Assembly: GCA_965200875.1 (NCBI GenBank)
Contig: OZ241456.1
Span: forward strand, 320,001 to 384,000
Source of the DNA: Bdellovibrionales bacterium
Lineage (GTDB): Bacteria; Bdellovibrionota; Bdellovibrionia; Bdellovibrionales; UBA1609
Direction: 5' to 3'
Length of the DNA: 64,000 nucleotides
Under the pieces are notes generated by a model. It was not told the origin of the DNA. It saw only the letters and a list, made by a program, of their open reading frames with translations, and made no database searches. This document shows positions 29,649 to 39,514 of the stretch, piece by piece. A program made the position numbers and the translations under genes. How positions within the stretch are numbered: position 1 is the stretch's first letter; the number at the start of each line of letters is the position of its first letter.

Positions 29649-32099
29649 CTAATTTCGATACTGGCAAGTTCGGCTTATTGGGTCATAATAAGTACCGGGT
29701 GGGCAACAGGTGTTGTGTGTGCGATCATACACAGATCCGTTTGGACAGCAAATATTGCCTGTGCCATGATTATAGTTCCATCCGTTTGGACAACAGGTGC
29801 CGTTTGAGAAATTATATCCGTCTGGACAACATGTTCTACCTCCTACGGAATAATATCCGTTTCTGCAACAACCAGAATCAATAGAATGTCCCAAAGCACA
29901 AGCCCTATTGTTTTTAACACATAATACTGTTCCTGCCGGAGTGTTTATATATTCGCCGGCTCTGGCAACCTTGCGAATATGTCCAGGCATACAGCAAGCT
30001 CCACTGGAACTTGGACAACAATTTCCATTACGGAGGTGTGGAGCGGTGCGAGGACATCGCTCACATCTATCACCATAGCGTAAATGATTTCTCGGACAGA
30101 ACCAGCACTTATTGTCGTATTCGTGTTGTCGCCCCCTCGGACAACGGTTGCAACTGTTGTTATAGTGCCAGTATCTGTTACGCGGACACTGGCGACAGTA
30201 TCCGAAATAATGGTGTCTTCTGTCACGATGGCAACGGTTGCATTTCCCATCGTAAAAATACTCAGCTCTGCAACTATGACATCCTCCATTGTGTTCATAT
30301 CGTCTATACACCGGACAACGGTTGCAACTTCCCCAGTAATAATGTTGCCCCCTCTGGCAAGTGTTGCATCTTCCATTGTAGTAGTGCGGAACATGTCTTG
30401 CACATTTATTACACCGGCCATTATAATAATACCTTTCATTGAGGGGACAGCGGTTGCAGGTTCCCCAGTAGTAATGTTGCCCGCTCGGGCACCGGTTACA
30501 AGTCCCGCTATAATAATGTTGTCCGCGTGGGCATTGGTTACACCGACCTCCATAATAATACTTCCTAGAGCTTGGGCAACGATGGCAGGCCCCGCTATAG
30601 TAATGTTGCCCTCGTGGACAGCGATTACATCTGTTATTATAGTAATGTCTTTGGTAGCTTGGACATTTGTTGCAGGTTCCTCCATAGTAATACTTCCTTG
30701 AGCTGTTGCATCGGTTACACCGGCCATTATAATAATATCTTTCATTGAGGGGGCAACGGTTGCAAGTTCCACTATAGTAATGTTGCCCGCTCGGACATTT
30801 GTTGCAGGTTCCATCATCGTATTTATAGGGTGTGGAGCTTGGGCATTCGTGGCAACTCCCGTCGTAGTAATGCTCTCCACTGGGACATTTATTGCATACA
30901 TTACTGTGGTAGTGTGGAGTCCCCTCAGGGCATCTGTTACACACATTACTATAGTGGTGTGGAGTCCCCTCAGGGCATTTGTTGCATTGGCCATCGTAAA
31001 AATGAATTTTATTGGCTGGGCAGGTGTTACAGCTCCCATTATAGTAATGTTCTCCACTTGGGCACATATTGCAGGTTCCACTATAGTAATGTTGCCCGCT
31101 CGGACATTGGTTACATGTTTGATTGTGATTGTAGTAATAGGGTTTATCTGCTGGACAAGCACATTCCTGATTTGGAGGGGTTCCTCTGTGCCGAGTTTCC
31201 CCTACGCATACACATTCCGCGCTTTCTTGATCCCACCTCTGCCTTGTTTCACAAACCCCCGCACATTCCAGTTCCCCGGAGGATTTTACACTTACCACAA
31301 TTTGCCCCTCTGGACATGCCATATTCTCTGAACTACTGGCATGAATCAAAGCCGAACATTGGATATTATCACCACCTGTATAAGCAGATGGTGAATCAGA
31401 ACAAGGATCATAATCAACACAGTCAGGTGTTCCATCGGGCTTAAATCCACGAAAATGTTTATAAGGCCCTTCGTCCTCACAACTCACACTCTGGAAGCCC
31501 TTTCCGGTATGACAATCTAGGGGAACACACTTATCTTCAGTGCCATCACATGCCTCATTCGAACACTTGTAATCCAACACACAGGTTTGATGATAACAAC
31601 CGGTTTTATCTGTGGCGGAACAACCCCCACCCCCTAAAGTTTCATTACCCCTAAGATAAGGCTTTGTGTAAAACACAATTAAAAGTCGCTTTGGGTGATC
31701 CTTATCAATATTCACTTCCTTTTTCAGCTCAATCCCCTGAATGGAAATAAAATCATCTTGTGTAAACTGTCCTATGGATGTAAGGGGATCTGAGAGATTT
31801 CCTTCATCATCCAGCTCATGCAACAAACCACTTTGGTGTTCTTTGTCGCTCTCCGAAAGCCGGGCAGGCTTTGTTATATCCTTGCAATTAATTTCATTAC
31901 TTAAAAACTCTTTTGTTCTGTGAGATAAAACCTGCTCTGCCAGATTGGTTCTGATTACCTGCTCGGACTTTACCGATATTCCTATTATTTTTAATGTGCT
32001 CAAGCTTATAGTGAGGCCCAGAGTGCCAGCCACTAAAATGCCAGCTAGTCCTCCAAATCCTCTTTTTCCTCTTAAAAAACTTGTGTAATACATTTTCAT
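29649..32099 (-). CDS. Prepilin-like N-terminus protein with about 26 tandem Cys/Tyr/His-rich repeats
   Basis: RGKRG|FGGLAGILVA; repeats CP-x3/4-HYY-x-G-x-CN-x; C-terminal CCPxG repeats. Confidence 0.8.
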   Translation of the reverse strand: MKMYYTSFLRGKRGFGGLAGILVAGTLGLTISLSTLKIIGISVKSEQVIRTNLAEQVLSHRTKEFLSNEINCKDITKPARLSESDKEHQSGLLHELDDEGNLSDPLTSIGQFTQDDFISIQGIELKKEVNIDKDHPKRLLIVFYTKPYLRGNETLGGGGCSATDKTGCYHQTCVLDYKCSNEACDGTEDKCVPLDCHTGKGFQSVSCEDEGPYKHFRGFKPDGTPDCVDYDPCSDSPSAYTGGDNIQCSALIHASSSENMACPEGQIVVSVKSSGELECAGVCETRQRWDQESAECVCVGETRHRGTPPNQECACPADKPYYYNHNQTCNQCPSGQHYYSGTCNMCPSGEHYYNGSCNTCPANKIHFYDGQCNKCPEGTPHHYSNVCNRCPEGTPHYHSNVCNKCPSGEHYYDGSCHECPSSTPYKYDDGTCNKCPSGQHYYSGTCNRCPLNERYYYNGRCNRCNSSRKYYYGGTCNKCPSYQRHYYNNRCNRCPRGQHYYSGACHRCPSSRKYYYGGRCNQCPRGQHYYSGTCNRCPSGQHYYWGTCNRCPLNERYYYNGRCNKCARHVPHYYNGRCNTCQRGQHYYWGSCNRCPVYRRYEHNGGCHSCRAEYFYDGKCNRCHRDRRHHYFGYCRQCPRNRYWHYNNSCNRCPRGRQHEYDNKCWFCPRNHLRYGDRCERCPRTAPHLRNGNCCPSSSGACCMPGHIRKVARAGEYINTPAGTVLCVKNNRACALGHSIDSGCCRNGYYSVGGRTCCPDGYNFSNGTCCPNGWNYNHGTGNICCPNGSVYDRTHNTCCPPGTYYDPISRTCQYRN

Positions 32100-32105
32100 G
32101 TTAAC

Positions 32106-33269
32106 CTATTTAGGTATGTCAGGTTCAGGTACGCAAACTATCGGTGCTCCTCCCGGTTCAGGGAGAGGACATTCACATTTTTTAGTATCTGGATTATACC
32201 TTGTAAGGCCTGTACAGATTATTGGTTCATCAGGTTCATCAGGTTCAGGGGTTGGTTCATCAGGTTCAGGGTTTGGATCATCAGGTTCAGGCGGAGGCAC
32301 AATACATTTTAAACTTATTTTGTTCCAAATTTTTCCAGTCGGGCATTTACAGGTCACCCCGGTCCAGATTTTGTCATAAGGACAATCACAATTTGACCCA
32401 ATCCTTCCCCCGGAACAGATACGGCTACAAATCGGATCCCCGTCTTTGTCAAAACCCTGTAAAAACTCGTCAGCATTCGGACAACTTAAATTCCCAGTTT
32501 CAGGAATCGCCGGAAATGCCCGGCAATCTTCTTCACCGTCTGCTTTTCTGCCAACATAAACTTGACCGGGAGGGCAGGTTGGTTTTTCCTGGCATCTTGG
32601 GTTTCCATCTCCGTCAAATCCGCTTAAGTATTGTTCATCTGAACAAGACACACTCAAACTATCTCCTATACTTTTGCAAGCTGATAACGAACAGCTGGTG
32701 ATTTTATTATTATCGCCGGGGTCATGCACGATTTCCAAATCACAGGATTGGTGATAACAGCCTTTGTTGTCAGTGGTTGAACATTCTCCATCTCCCAAGG
32801 TTTTATAAGAACCTAGTTGAGGCTTGCTGTAATAAACAGCAAAAGTATATTTGTCCGAACCTTCGTTTGACAGTTCAAGGCTTTTTACAGATATCAGATC
32901 GCCTTTAAAACCTCCGGTGGCAAGATAAAGTATGTCGTCTGAAGTGTTGGGACTTGGAGGGGTATTGTTTCCCTCAGTCTTCATATATTTACCGCCGGTG
33001 AGTTTGCCTTTTTTATGGGTGCGGTCAGAGAGCCTAGAAGGATCTAAATTCCATTTGCAATCCTCCTCATTGCTTAACATTCGCCGAATGGTGATATACA
33101 AATCCTGCTCCTTTTGCTGAGTGCTGGACACCTGAGCAGAGCTTATGGTTATTTGAGAGAGCTTTAAAACGGCTAGACCTAAAACAAGTCCAACCCCGGT
33201 GGCTACAAATACTTCCACCAGACCAAAACCTTTATTGCCAAAGAGAATTTTTTTCATACATGTGGTCAT
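32106..33269 (-). CDS. Type IV prepilin-like protein with Cys-rich domain and PEPD linker
   Basis: NKG|FGLVEVFVA class III signal with Glu+5; paralogous core to the downstream gene. Confidence 0.8.
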   Translation of the reverse strand: MTTCMKKILFGNKGFGLVEVFVATGVGLVLGLAVLKLSQITISSAQVSSTQQKEQDLYITIRRMLSNEEDCKWNLDPSRLSDRTHKKGKLTGGKYMKTEGNNTPPSPNTSDDILYLATGGFKGDLISVKSLELSNEGSDKYTFAVYYSKPQLGSYKTLGDGECSTTDNKGCYHQSCDLEIVHDPGDNNKITSCSLSACKSIGDSLSVSCSDEQYLSGFDGDGNPRCQEKPTCPPGQVYVGRKADGEEDCRAFPAIPETGNLSCPNADEFLQGFDKDGDPICSRICSGGRIGSNCDCPYDKIWTGVTCKCPTGKIWNKISLKCIVPPPEPDDPNPEPDEPTPEPDEPDEPIICTGLTRYNPDTKKCECPLPEPGGAPIVCVPEPDIPK

Positions 33270-33391
33270 GGTTTTTAAAGTTCCCTCTCTTTAAACTATA
33301 CTGGCCTCGCAATAAAATTCTTGTTTTCTTGCAAAAAGTGTCTTTAATGTGCTTGGTTTTACTCATTCACTTTAAATTGGTTCAAAATGGC

Positions 33392-33419
33392 GTATCGGTC
33401 TTCTTTGATTAGGACTTTA
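33392..33419 (-). promoter_or_regulatory. sigma28-type promoter upstream of the prepilin-like pair
   Basis: TAAA-N16-ACCGATAC, with the same CTAAAGTCC start as the other two copies. Confidence 0.55.
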
Positions 33420-33650
33420 GTGGGGAGAGTGAAAAAAACTGGTCTTATGGGACAAAAAACAGCTTAAAAAAGCTTAAAAACAAAAAAAACTTGAAAGAGG
33501 CAAAATGAGGTATATACTTATCTACACGACTATTGAATGGGTCTTGGATAAATACTCCTGCTCCATCCAATACTTAGAGCTTGATATGATAAGATTTTTT
33601 TTTGATGGATGATTATAAATTTCGGAAAAAATAAGAATTAAGGAGGAAAG

Positions 33651-34817
33651 ATGAAATCATTTTTACGAATAAGAGCTTGGCTTTTTTTGTTTGTATCCTG
33701 CTTTTTTACAGTAATGATTGTCTTGAGTTGCACCCAGGAGGGTCAGGAAAGTGGCACTTCCACCACCACAGGTTCCGGCACCAGGGATAGGAATGATGAA
33801 CCAGAAGAAGATGATGATGACAAACCCTTACTCACCTGTGAATTTTCCTCCTGTAGCGGAAGCGACTGTTGTACAGAAGATGATGAAAAATGCGAGGAAT
33901 GGTGTAGTAAAGACAAGTATTTAAGTCTAAGTGGAGATGAGGAGGATAAATGTCTTGGTGTTGGTAAAGAGCCTGGGCTGAAGAAGGAAACAGTGGAAAG
34001 ACTAAACGAAATATTTACTGGTAAGTTTAAAAGAAATAAAATTAATAGGAAGAACTTGGACAATCTAAAAGACAGGGATGATATAGAATTAATATGTGCT
34101 GCTGTAAAAGAGTTGGGTACAGATATATTGAACAATCATATTGAAGATTATAAAGAAAAACACGCCAAGTTTTTTTTATCTTGGCTCGCTAGAGAGAAAG
34201 TGGCTTTGGAGATATTTGAAAATGCAGAAGACGATGACGGTATTGAAATGTTGAAAGACCTTTTAAAAAAAGCAGGTAACAGTAGCTCAGATAACGAAAG
34301 CGAGCAGATTTTGATAGGTCTTACGAAAAAAATAGAGAACCTGGATGATAAAGATGAGAAGTTGCCGATTTTGGCTTTGGCTGATGAACATAACAACGAA
34401 CGATTGATAGAGTATTTCCATGAGACTTTTATCGCAGATGATGATGAGGCAATATGTGAAGAAGACAAAAGTAATAATTTACCAGAACCGGTTTCCGGTT
34501 CTGGTAAATATAGTAACGTCGCAGTAGCGGAAGACAACAAAGAGCAAGCCTGTGTTTTAGCGGTTTACTGTAAAATAGCTGATGATGGAATAATCGCCGA
34601 AGACCGAGATGATTTCAGAAAGGCTATGGCCGATGCTACGGAGTATTCACTTGATTTTATAGAAACAGATATAGAGGATGGAGGTTTAGACCCCGGCGAA
34701 AATACTAATAATGCTATTCATGATCTGACAGATGACGACGAGGAGGAGTGGTCTAATAACGCTTGTGAGAATTTGAAACACTACTGGGACAACGATGGTC
34801 TTGATCTTGGTTTATAA
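33651..34817 (+). CDS. Acidic Cys-rich lipoprotein (distant paralog of 25468 and 26912)
   Basis: AGGAGG RBS; lipobox VLSC; CCTEDDEKCEEWC and CVLAVYC motifs. Confidence 0.75.
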   Translation: MKSFLRIRAWLFLFVSCFFTVMIVLSCTQEGQESGTSTTTGSGTRDRNDEPEEDDDDKPLLTCEFSSCSGSDCCTEDDEKCEEWCSKDKYLSLSGDEEDKCLGVGKEPGLKKETVERLNEIFTGKFKRNKINRKNLDNLKDRDDIELICAAVKELGTDILNNHIEDYKEKHAKFFLSWLAREKVALEIFENAEDDDGIEMLKDLLKKAGNSSSDNESEQILIGLTKKIENLDDKDEKLPILALADEHNNERLIEYFHETFIADDDEAICEEDKSNNLPEPVSGSGKYSNVAVAEDNKEQACVLAVYCKIADDGIIAEDRDDFRKAMADATEYSLDFIETDIEDGGLDPGENTNNAIHDLTDDDEEEWSNNACENLKHYWDNDGLDLGL

Positions 34818-34960
34818 ATGAATGATTGAATTTAGGTTTTTAGATAGTACCCTTTGAAAAACCTCTGATAAAACAGGTTACTCGCCTGTTAAAGAAAAAG
34901 CTTCCCACCTCAAGCATAAGGTATGAGTCACTTTATTTTTTATCTTTTAAGCTGTTTAAT

Positions 34961-35234
34961 GAGTCGATCCTGAATAAGTCTGTTTAGTGAGATATGCTCT
35001 TACCAATACTTCACCGCTCGGTCTCAAACATGCGTTTTGCCACACACGCGTCTTTTCAGTCGCGGTGTGCTCAAAGCCGAACTCGCCTCGTGGTGAGTAT
35101 CGGTAAGATCTTTTTCACTGATACTTTTTGCAAGAAAACAAAGGTTGTATTGTAAAATCTTGCAATTTTTCCCGAACCGTTTATAAAAAAAATCAAGTGA
35201 TAACAACGCTTTATTATTTATTCAGAACCGACTA
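34961..35234. mobile_element. Non-coding MITE-like element containing a long imperfect hairpin
   Basis: Ends GAGTCGATCCTGAATAA and TTATTCAGAACCGACTA; internal stem about 34986-35119. Confidence 0.55.
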
Positions 35235-35334
35235 TTTCCGAGTGTATAGAGTGAGAATGTTCTTGTAACATCTGCTTATAACTCTCCGTCTTTTCATTCA
35301 GCATGACATTTACGCCTTTCAACTGGTTTTAAAT

Positions 35335-35886
35335 CTATTCTTTTTTCGAAAACCATACTCTCATATCTTCTTTTAAATCTTTAAAACCACTTGTCATATC
35401 AATTCTCAAACCATCAATTTTTTTATTTGTATCAGTGATATGATTACTCAAATCTTTTTTCGAATCATCAATTTTTTTATTTGTATCAATTCTCAAATCA
35501 TCAATTTTTTTATTTGTGTCAATTCTCAAATCATCAATTTTTTTATTTGTATCAATGATATAATTACTCAAATCTTTTTTCGAATCATCAATTTTTTTAT
35601 TTGTGTCAATTCTCGAATCATCAATTTTTTTATTTGTATCAGTGATATAATTACTCAAATCTTTTTTCGAATCATCAATTTTTTTATTTGTATCAGTGAT
35701 ATAATTACTCAAATCTTTTTTCGAATCATCAATTTTTTTATTTGTATCAGTGATATGATTACTCAAATCTTTTCGGATATGTCTCATTTCAATGGCAAGA
35801 TAAACCAAGATAACTATCCCTATCACAGAATATACGGGGACTTGGTCGCCTAAATAATTAAAAAAAAGAGGTGCAAAATTACTCAT
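35335..35886 (-). CDS. KID-repeat (Bdr-like) coiled-coil protein with N-terminal TM
   Basis: Tandem ITDTNKKIDDS/KKDLSNY units; DNA repeats of 33 and 54 bp. Confidence 0.75.
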   Translation of the reverse strand: MSNFAPLFFNYLGDQVPVYSVIGIVILVYLAIEMRHIRKDLSNHITDTNKKIDDSKKDLSNYITDTNKKIDDSKKDLSNYITDTNKKIDDSRIDTNKKIDDSKKDLSNYIIDTNKKIDDLRIDTNKKIDDLRIDTNKKIDDSKKDLSNHITDTNKKIDGLRIDMTSGFKDLKEDMRVWFSKKE

Positions 35887-35950
35887 TTCTACATTATATC
35901 ACATATAATTTAAAGCAACAATATAATACGGCTAACTATTGCTTTTTAAT

Positions 35951-36307
35951 TTAACCTGGTGGCCACTTCATGGGCCTACCTCCTAAAATATGAATGTGAA
36001 TATGATATACGGTCTGGCCACCGTCTGCTCCGGTATTTATCACCAGCCGCCAACCCTTTTTTAATCCCGCTTTCAAGGCGATTTCTTTTGCTTTTAAAAT
36101 CAGGTGGCCCATGAGAGACAGATCTTCTGATTCCACCTCCCGATGACTGAAAATCTCTTTTTTGGGTATCAATAAAATATGAACAGGAGATTGAGGGTTT
36201 ATATCATCAAAGGCAATACATAAATCATCCTCATAATGAATATTGGCTGGCACCTCTTTATTAATAATTTTTTGAAAAATAGTGGAAATGGCAAATCTCC
36301 TTACCAA
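35951..36307 (-). CDS. hinT: HIT family nucleotide-binding protein
   Basis: GGQTVYHIHIHILGGR motif. Confidence 0.9.
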   Translation of the reverse strand: MVRRFAISTIFQKIINKEVPANIHYEDDLCIAFDDINPQSPVHILLIPKKEIFSHREVESEDLSLMGHLILKAKEIALKAGLKKGWRLVINTGADGGQTVYHIHIHILGGRPMKWPPG

Positions 36308-36313
36308 CGAGTT

Positions 36314-36574
36314 TTATTTGAACTCTGTCTTTCTGACTTTAGCATACTTTTTTCGAAATTTTTCCGCTCTGCCTTCTGTGTCCAATAACCTTTGCTGACC
36401 AGTATAAAAGGGATGGGAGGCACTGGATACATCAAAAGTCACTAAGGGATGGGTTTTGCCGTTTAATTCAATCGTGTTTTTGCTTTTCACAGTGGATTTT
36501 GTAATAATATGAAATTGAGTGGAAACATCCTTAAAAACCACTTCTCTGAATTTTGGGTGAATGTCTTTTTTCAT
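36314..36574 (-). CDS. rpmE2: 50S ribosomal protein L31, type B (no Zn-binding cysteines)
   Basis: MKKDIHP and SSASHPFYTG motifs; no Cys. Confidence 0.92.
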   Translation of the reverse strand: MKKDIHPKFREVVFKDVSTQFHIITKSTVKSKNTIELNGKTHPLVTFDVSSASHPFYTGQQRLLDTEGRAEKFRKKYAKVRKTEFK

Positions 36575-36729
36575 AAAAACCTCATAACTTCTTCTGTTGA
36601 TTATATAACATATTTATAGCCTGTGGAAAAGCTTGTTTTGAGACAAAAAATCAAGTATTCACAGTGTGTTAACACGCTATATCTTCTTTTTAAGGTTTTG
36701 TAAATCAATCAATTTACAAATCTGCCTCT

Positions 36730-38067
36730 TCAGGTGTCAGGAAATTCACATATAAATTCCATACCTCCAGCTGAACGGGAAATCGCTCGCACAAAACCGC
36801 CATGTTTTTCCATGGATTGTTTTACTAAAGCTAGGCCCACACCCGTCCCTCCTTTTTCTCTGGACCTTGCAGGATCCACCCTAAAAAATCTTTCAAAAAT
36901 TCTTTGTTGATATTTTTCTGGAATCCCCTCTCCGGTATCCATAACCTTAAGCAAAACCCGATCTTTCACATTTTCCCATCGAATATAAACATCGCACCCC
37001 CTGGGTGTGTGGCGACAAGCATTGTCTATTAAATTATACAACACCATTTCCACCCAGATCGGATTTGCCAGTACATGCTCTGCGGAAAAAAAATAGTGCA
37101 GTTTATGATCTTGAGGCACTATCATTTCCATAACCTGGCTGGTGATTTTTTTTGTGCTAAGTCGTTTTTTCTCCAAATAAGTCTGAGCTGTTAAATTGGA
37201 GAGACTCAGCAGATCATCCACTAAATTACTCATTCTTTTGCAATTTCTCAGCAATATTTGTAAAAAAATTTCAAATTGATCGAGCTTTTTTTGAGAAAAG
37301 TCGTGTATTAACATTTCCACATAGCCTTGAATGGAAGTTAAAGGGGTTTTTAACTCATGCGATACATTAGACACAAAATCAATATGTGCTTGTTGAGATT
37401 CCTTGATATCTGTTTGATCGTTAAACAGTAAAATCACATTGTTTATTTTTAGATCTGTATGAAAAACGGGCAAGGCTGTCACTTGAAAACTGCTTTTAAG
37501 ATATTGATTTTTTTTTTCGAGCGTACATTCTTTTACAATCACATTTTTTTTCTGCAAACACTGTTTAAAAATATTCATTACATCAGGAGAGCGGGTTATT
37601 TCCGTTATACTGCGCCGAGGAGTATTTTCCAAAGCCAGAGCTTTTTCTTCTAAAGAAAGAGGCTTTGAAGATCCGAAGCTCTTTGCATAAGGTCGATCTG
37701 TGAGAGATTCCTCTTCAACGGAAAAAGAAAATATTTCTGAGCTTTGAGAATTATGAAAAATCAAATCTCCTTTTTCATCCAAAATAATGACAGCTTCTTT
37801 TATACCAAAAACCATTTTTTTCACGGTTTCTCTTAAAAAGAAAAGCTGATTCGATTGATTTTGAATCCGGTTTTGTGTTCGTTCCATATAGTGAGTCAAC
37901 CGGGATATTGTATTCCCTTTCTTTACACTCAGGGAAGTTTCAGAGAAAGAACGATTTTTCTCTATAAGCTTGATGATTTTTCGCTTTAAATTCCAAAAAG
38001 GAATAATAACGCAAATTCCTCCCAAGACAAAAAAAACAAGGCTTAAAAGTAATAACACATTCCTCAT
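36730..38067 (-). CDS. phoR: Phosphate regulon sensor histidine kinase
   Basis: NVSHELKTPLT, NLIDNA, DTGEGI and GGTGVGL motifs; in the pst operon. Confidence 0.88.
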   Translation of the reverse strand: MRNVLLLLSLVFFVLGGICVIIPFWNLKRKIIKLIEKNRSFSETSLSVKKGNTISRLTHYMERTQNRIQNQSNQLFFLRETVKKMVFGIKEAVIILDEKGDLIFHNSQSSEIFSFSVEEESLTDRPYAKSFGSSKPLSLEEKALALENTPRRSITEITRSPDVMNIFKQCLQKKNVIVKECTLEKKNQYLKSSFQVTALPVFHTDLKINNVILLFNDQTDIKESQQAHIDFVSNVSHELKTPLTSIQGYVEMLIHDFSQKKLDQFEIFLQILLRNCKRMSNLVDDLLSLSNLTAQTYLEKKRLSTKKITSQVMEMIVPQDHKLHYFFSAEHVLANPIWVEMVLYNLIDNACRHTPRGCDVYIRWENVKDRVLLKVMDTGEGIPEKYQQRIFERFFRVDPARSREKGGTGVGLALVKQSMEKHGGFVRAISRSAGGMEFICEFPDT

Positions 38068-38786
38068 TAAATAAACCCGATTCGATATCCTATACCTCTT
38101 ACTGTTTCAATAAGCTTCCCATATTGTCCTATTTTCTTCCGTAAAATGGAAATATGGGTGTCCACTGTTCGGCCAGTGACATTAATCTCCTCTCCCTGAA
38201 TAAAGTTAATCATCTGTTTTCGGGAAAGGGCTTTTCCCTGATTTCTCAAAAGAACTTCCAATAAACGAAATTCAGAAAGTGTCAAAATTAATTCTTTTCC
38301 AGCTAAAAAAGCCTTATGCGCGGTTGTATCCAAGGTAAGATCACCTAGATGAAACTTAAAATCCTGATGGTTTTCCAACTTTGTGAGAGTGTTCATAAAA
38401 GAAAGTCGTTTAATCAGATTTTTCACTCGTGCTTTAAATACAGAAAAATCAAAAGGCTTAGTGATATAATCATCTGCACCGGCTTCGAGTCCCAGCACAA
38501 TATCCTCCGGATCAGACTTGGCGGTAACAAACAAAACGGGTGTGTTTTTATATGCAGAAGAAGGTGTCTTCATCCACTTTAAAAGCTCCAAACCATTGAT
38601 ACCTGGTATCATCCAATCCAGTATAACCAGCTGATAGGAATGATTAAGAAGTTTGTTGTAAGCTTGTTTCCCATTCTCAGCGGAGTCCACTTGGTAGCCC
38701 TCTCGAGACAAGTGCAGACATATAAGATTTTGAATATCTATCTCATCCTCCACAACCAATATGGAATGTAAAAGTGTGTCTTTCAT
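38067..38786 (-). CDS. phoB: Phosphate regulon response regulator (OmpR family)
   Basis: Receiver domain LDWMIP, GADDYITKPF; winged-helix RTVDTHI, TVRGIGY. Confidence 0.88.
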   Translation of the reverse strand: MKDTLLHSILVVEDEIDIQNLICLHLSREGYQVDSAENGKQAYNKLLNHSYQLVILDWMIPGINGLELLKWMKTPSSAYKNTPVLFVTAKSDPEDIVLGLEAGADDYITKPFDFSVFKARVKNLIKRLSFMNTLTKLENHQDFKFHLGDLTLDTTAHKAFLAGKELILTLSEFRLLEVLLRNQGKALSRKQMINFIQGEEINVTGRTVDTHISILRKKIGQYGKLIETVRGIGYRIGFI

Positions 38787-39514
38787 TTTGTATGATCCTC
38801 TTCATCCATGTCGATATCCTGATGCCGGACATCATCACCGGTTTTCAGGAAAATAACCTCCTCCGCTATATTAGTGGCATGGTCAGCTATTCTTTCCAAT
38901 TCACCGGCTATAATAATTAAATCAATACAGGGTTTTATCAAATGATTTTGAGACAGTGTAATTTCCTCCAACTCTTCCCGGAGTTTGTTTCTGATTTGAT
39001 CCACATTATCATCCTGACTGAGAATGGTTCGGGCCATCCGCTCATCCTCCACCACAAGAGCGTCAAGGGATTTATGCACCATTTTACTGACTTGATCAAA
39101 CATAGCTTCGAATAAATAAATCATCTCATCCAAAATAGGATCTTTTGTCACCACTTCTGCTCGTTCAGCAATATTGAGTGCCAGATCACCCATTCTTTCC
39201 AAGTCTGTATTTGTATTCAAAATTGCCAAAATAAGACGCAAATCTCCTGCCACAGGAGACTCTCTAGCTAAAATTTTAAAGCCCACCCTAGATACTTTCA
39301 GCTGAAGAGTGTTAATTTCTTCTTCTCTTTTTCTTAATTCACTCATGATCTCCGGGTTAAGGTTTTTGCTCAAAAGAATCTCCAAAGAGCTGGCAATGGT
39401 TTTTTCAACGAAACCGCCCATATTTAAAATTAAGGAGCGCATATAATTCAACCGCTCATCCAATTTGTTTTGTACTCTTCTCAATATATCTGTCCCTTTC
39501 GTTTTAAAAATCAA
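38783..39514 (-). CDS. phoU: Phosphate signalling protein PhoU
   Basis: DLERMGD and [14 protein letters not shown] motifs. Confidence 0.93.
   Translation of the reverse strand: MIFKTKGTDILRRVQNKLDERLNYMRSLILNMGGFVEKTIASSLEILLSKNLNPEIMSELRKREEEINTLQLKVSRVGFKILARESPVAGDLRLILAILNTNTDLERMGDLALNIAERAEVVTKDPILDEMIYLFEAMFDQVSKMVHKSLDALVVEDERMARTILSQDDNVDQIRNKLREELEEITLSQNHLIKPCIDLIIIAGELERIADHATNIAEEVIFLKTGDDVRHQDIDMDEEDHTK

Noticed and set aside
30013..31157. Multiheme cytochrome, CRISPR array or DGR interpretation of the Cys repeats
   Set aside because: Nearly all motifs are CxxCP-type and only one is CxxCH. The repeats are in-frame, degenerate and have no spacers. No cas or reverse transcriptase gene is in the window.
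29945..31444. Several long alternative-frame and antisense ORFs (405, 205, 204, 183 and 143 aa)
   Set aside because: Shadows of the repetitive Cys-rich gene 29649-32099; no independent motifs.
35024..35206. 60-aa minus-strand ORF as a transposase remnant
   Set aside because: No DDE or HUH motif; entirely within the hairpin element.
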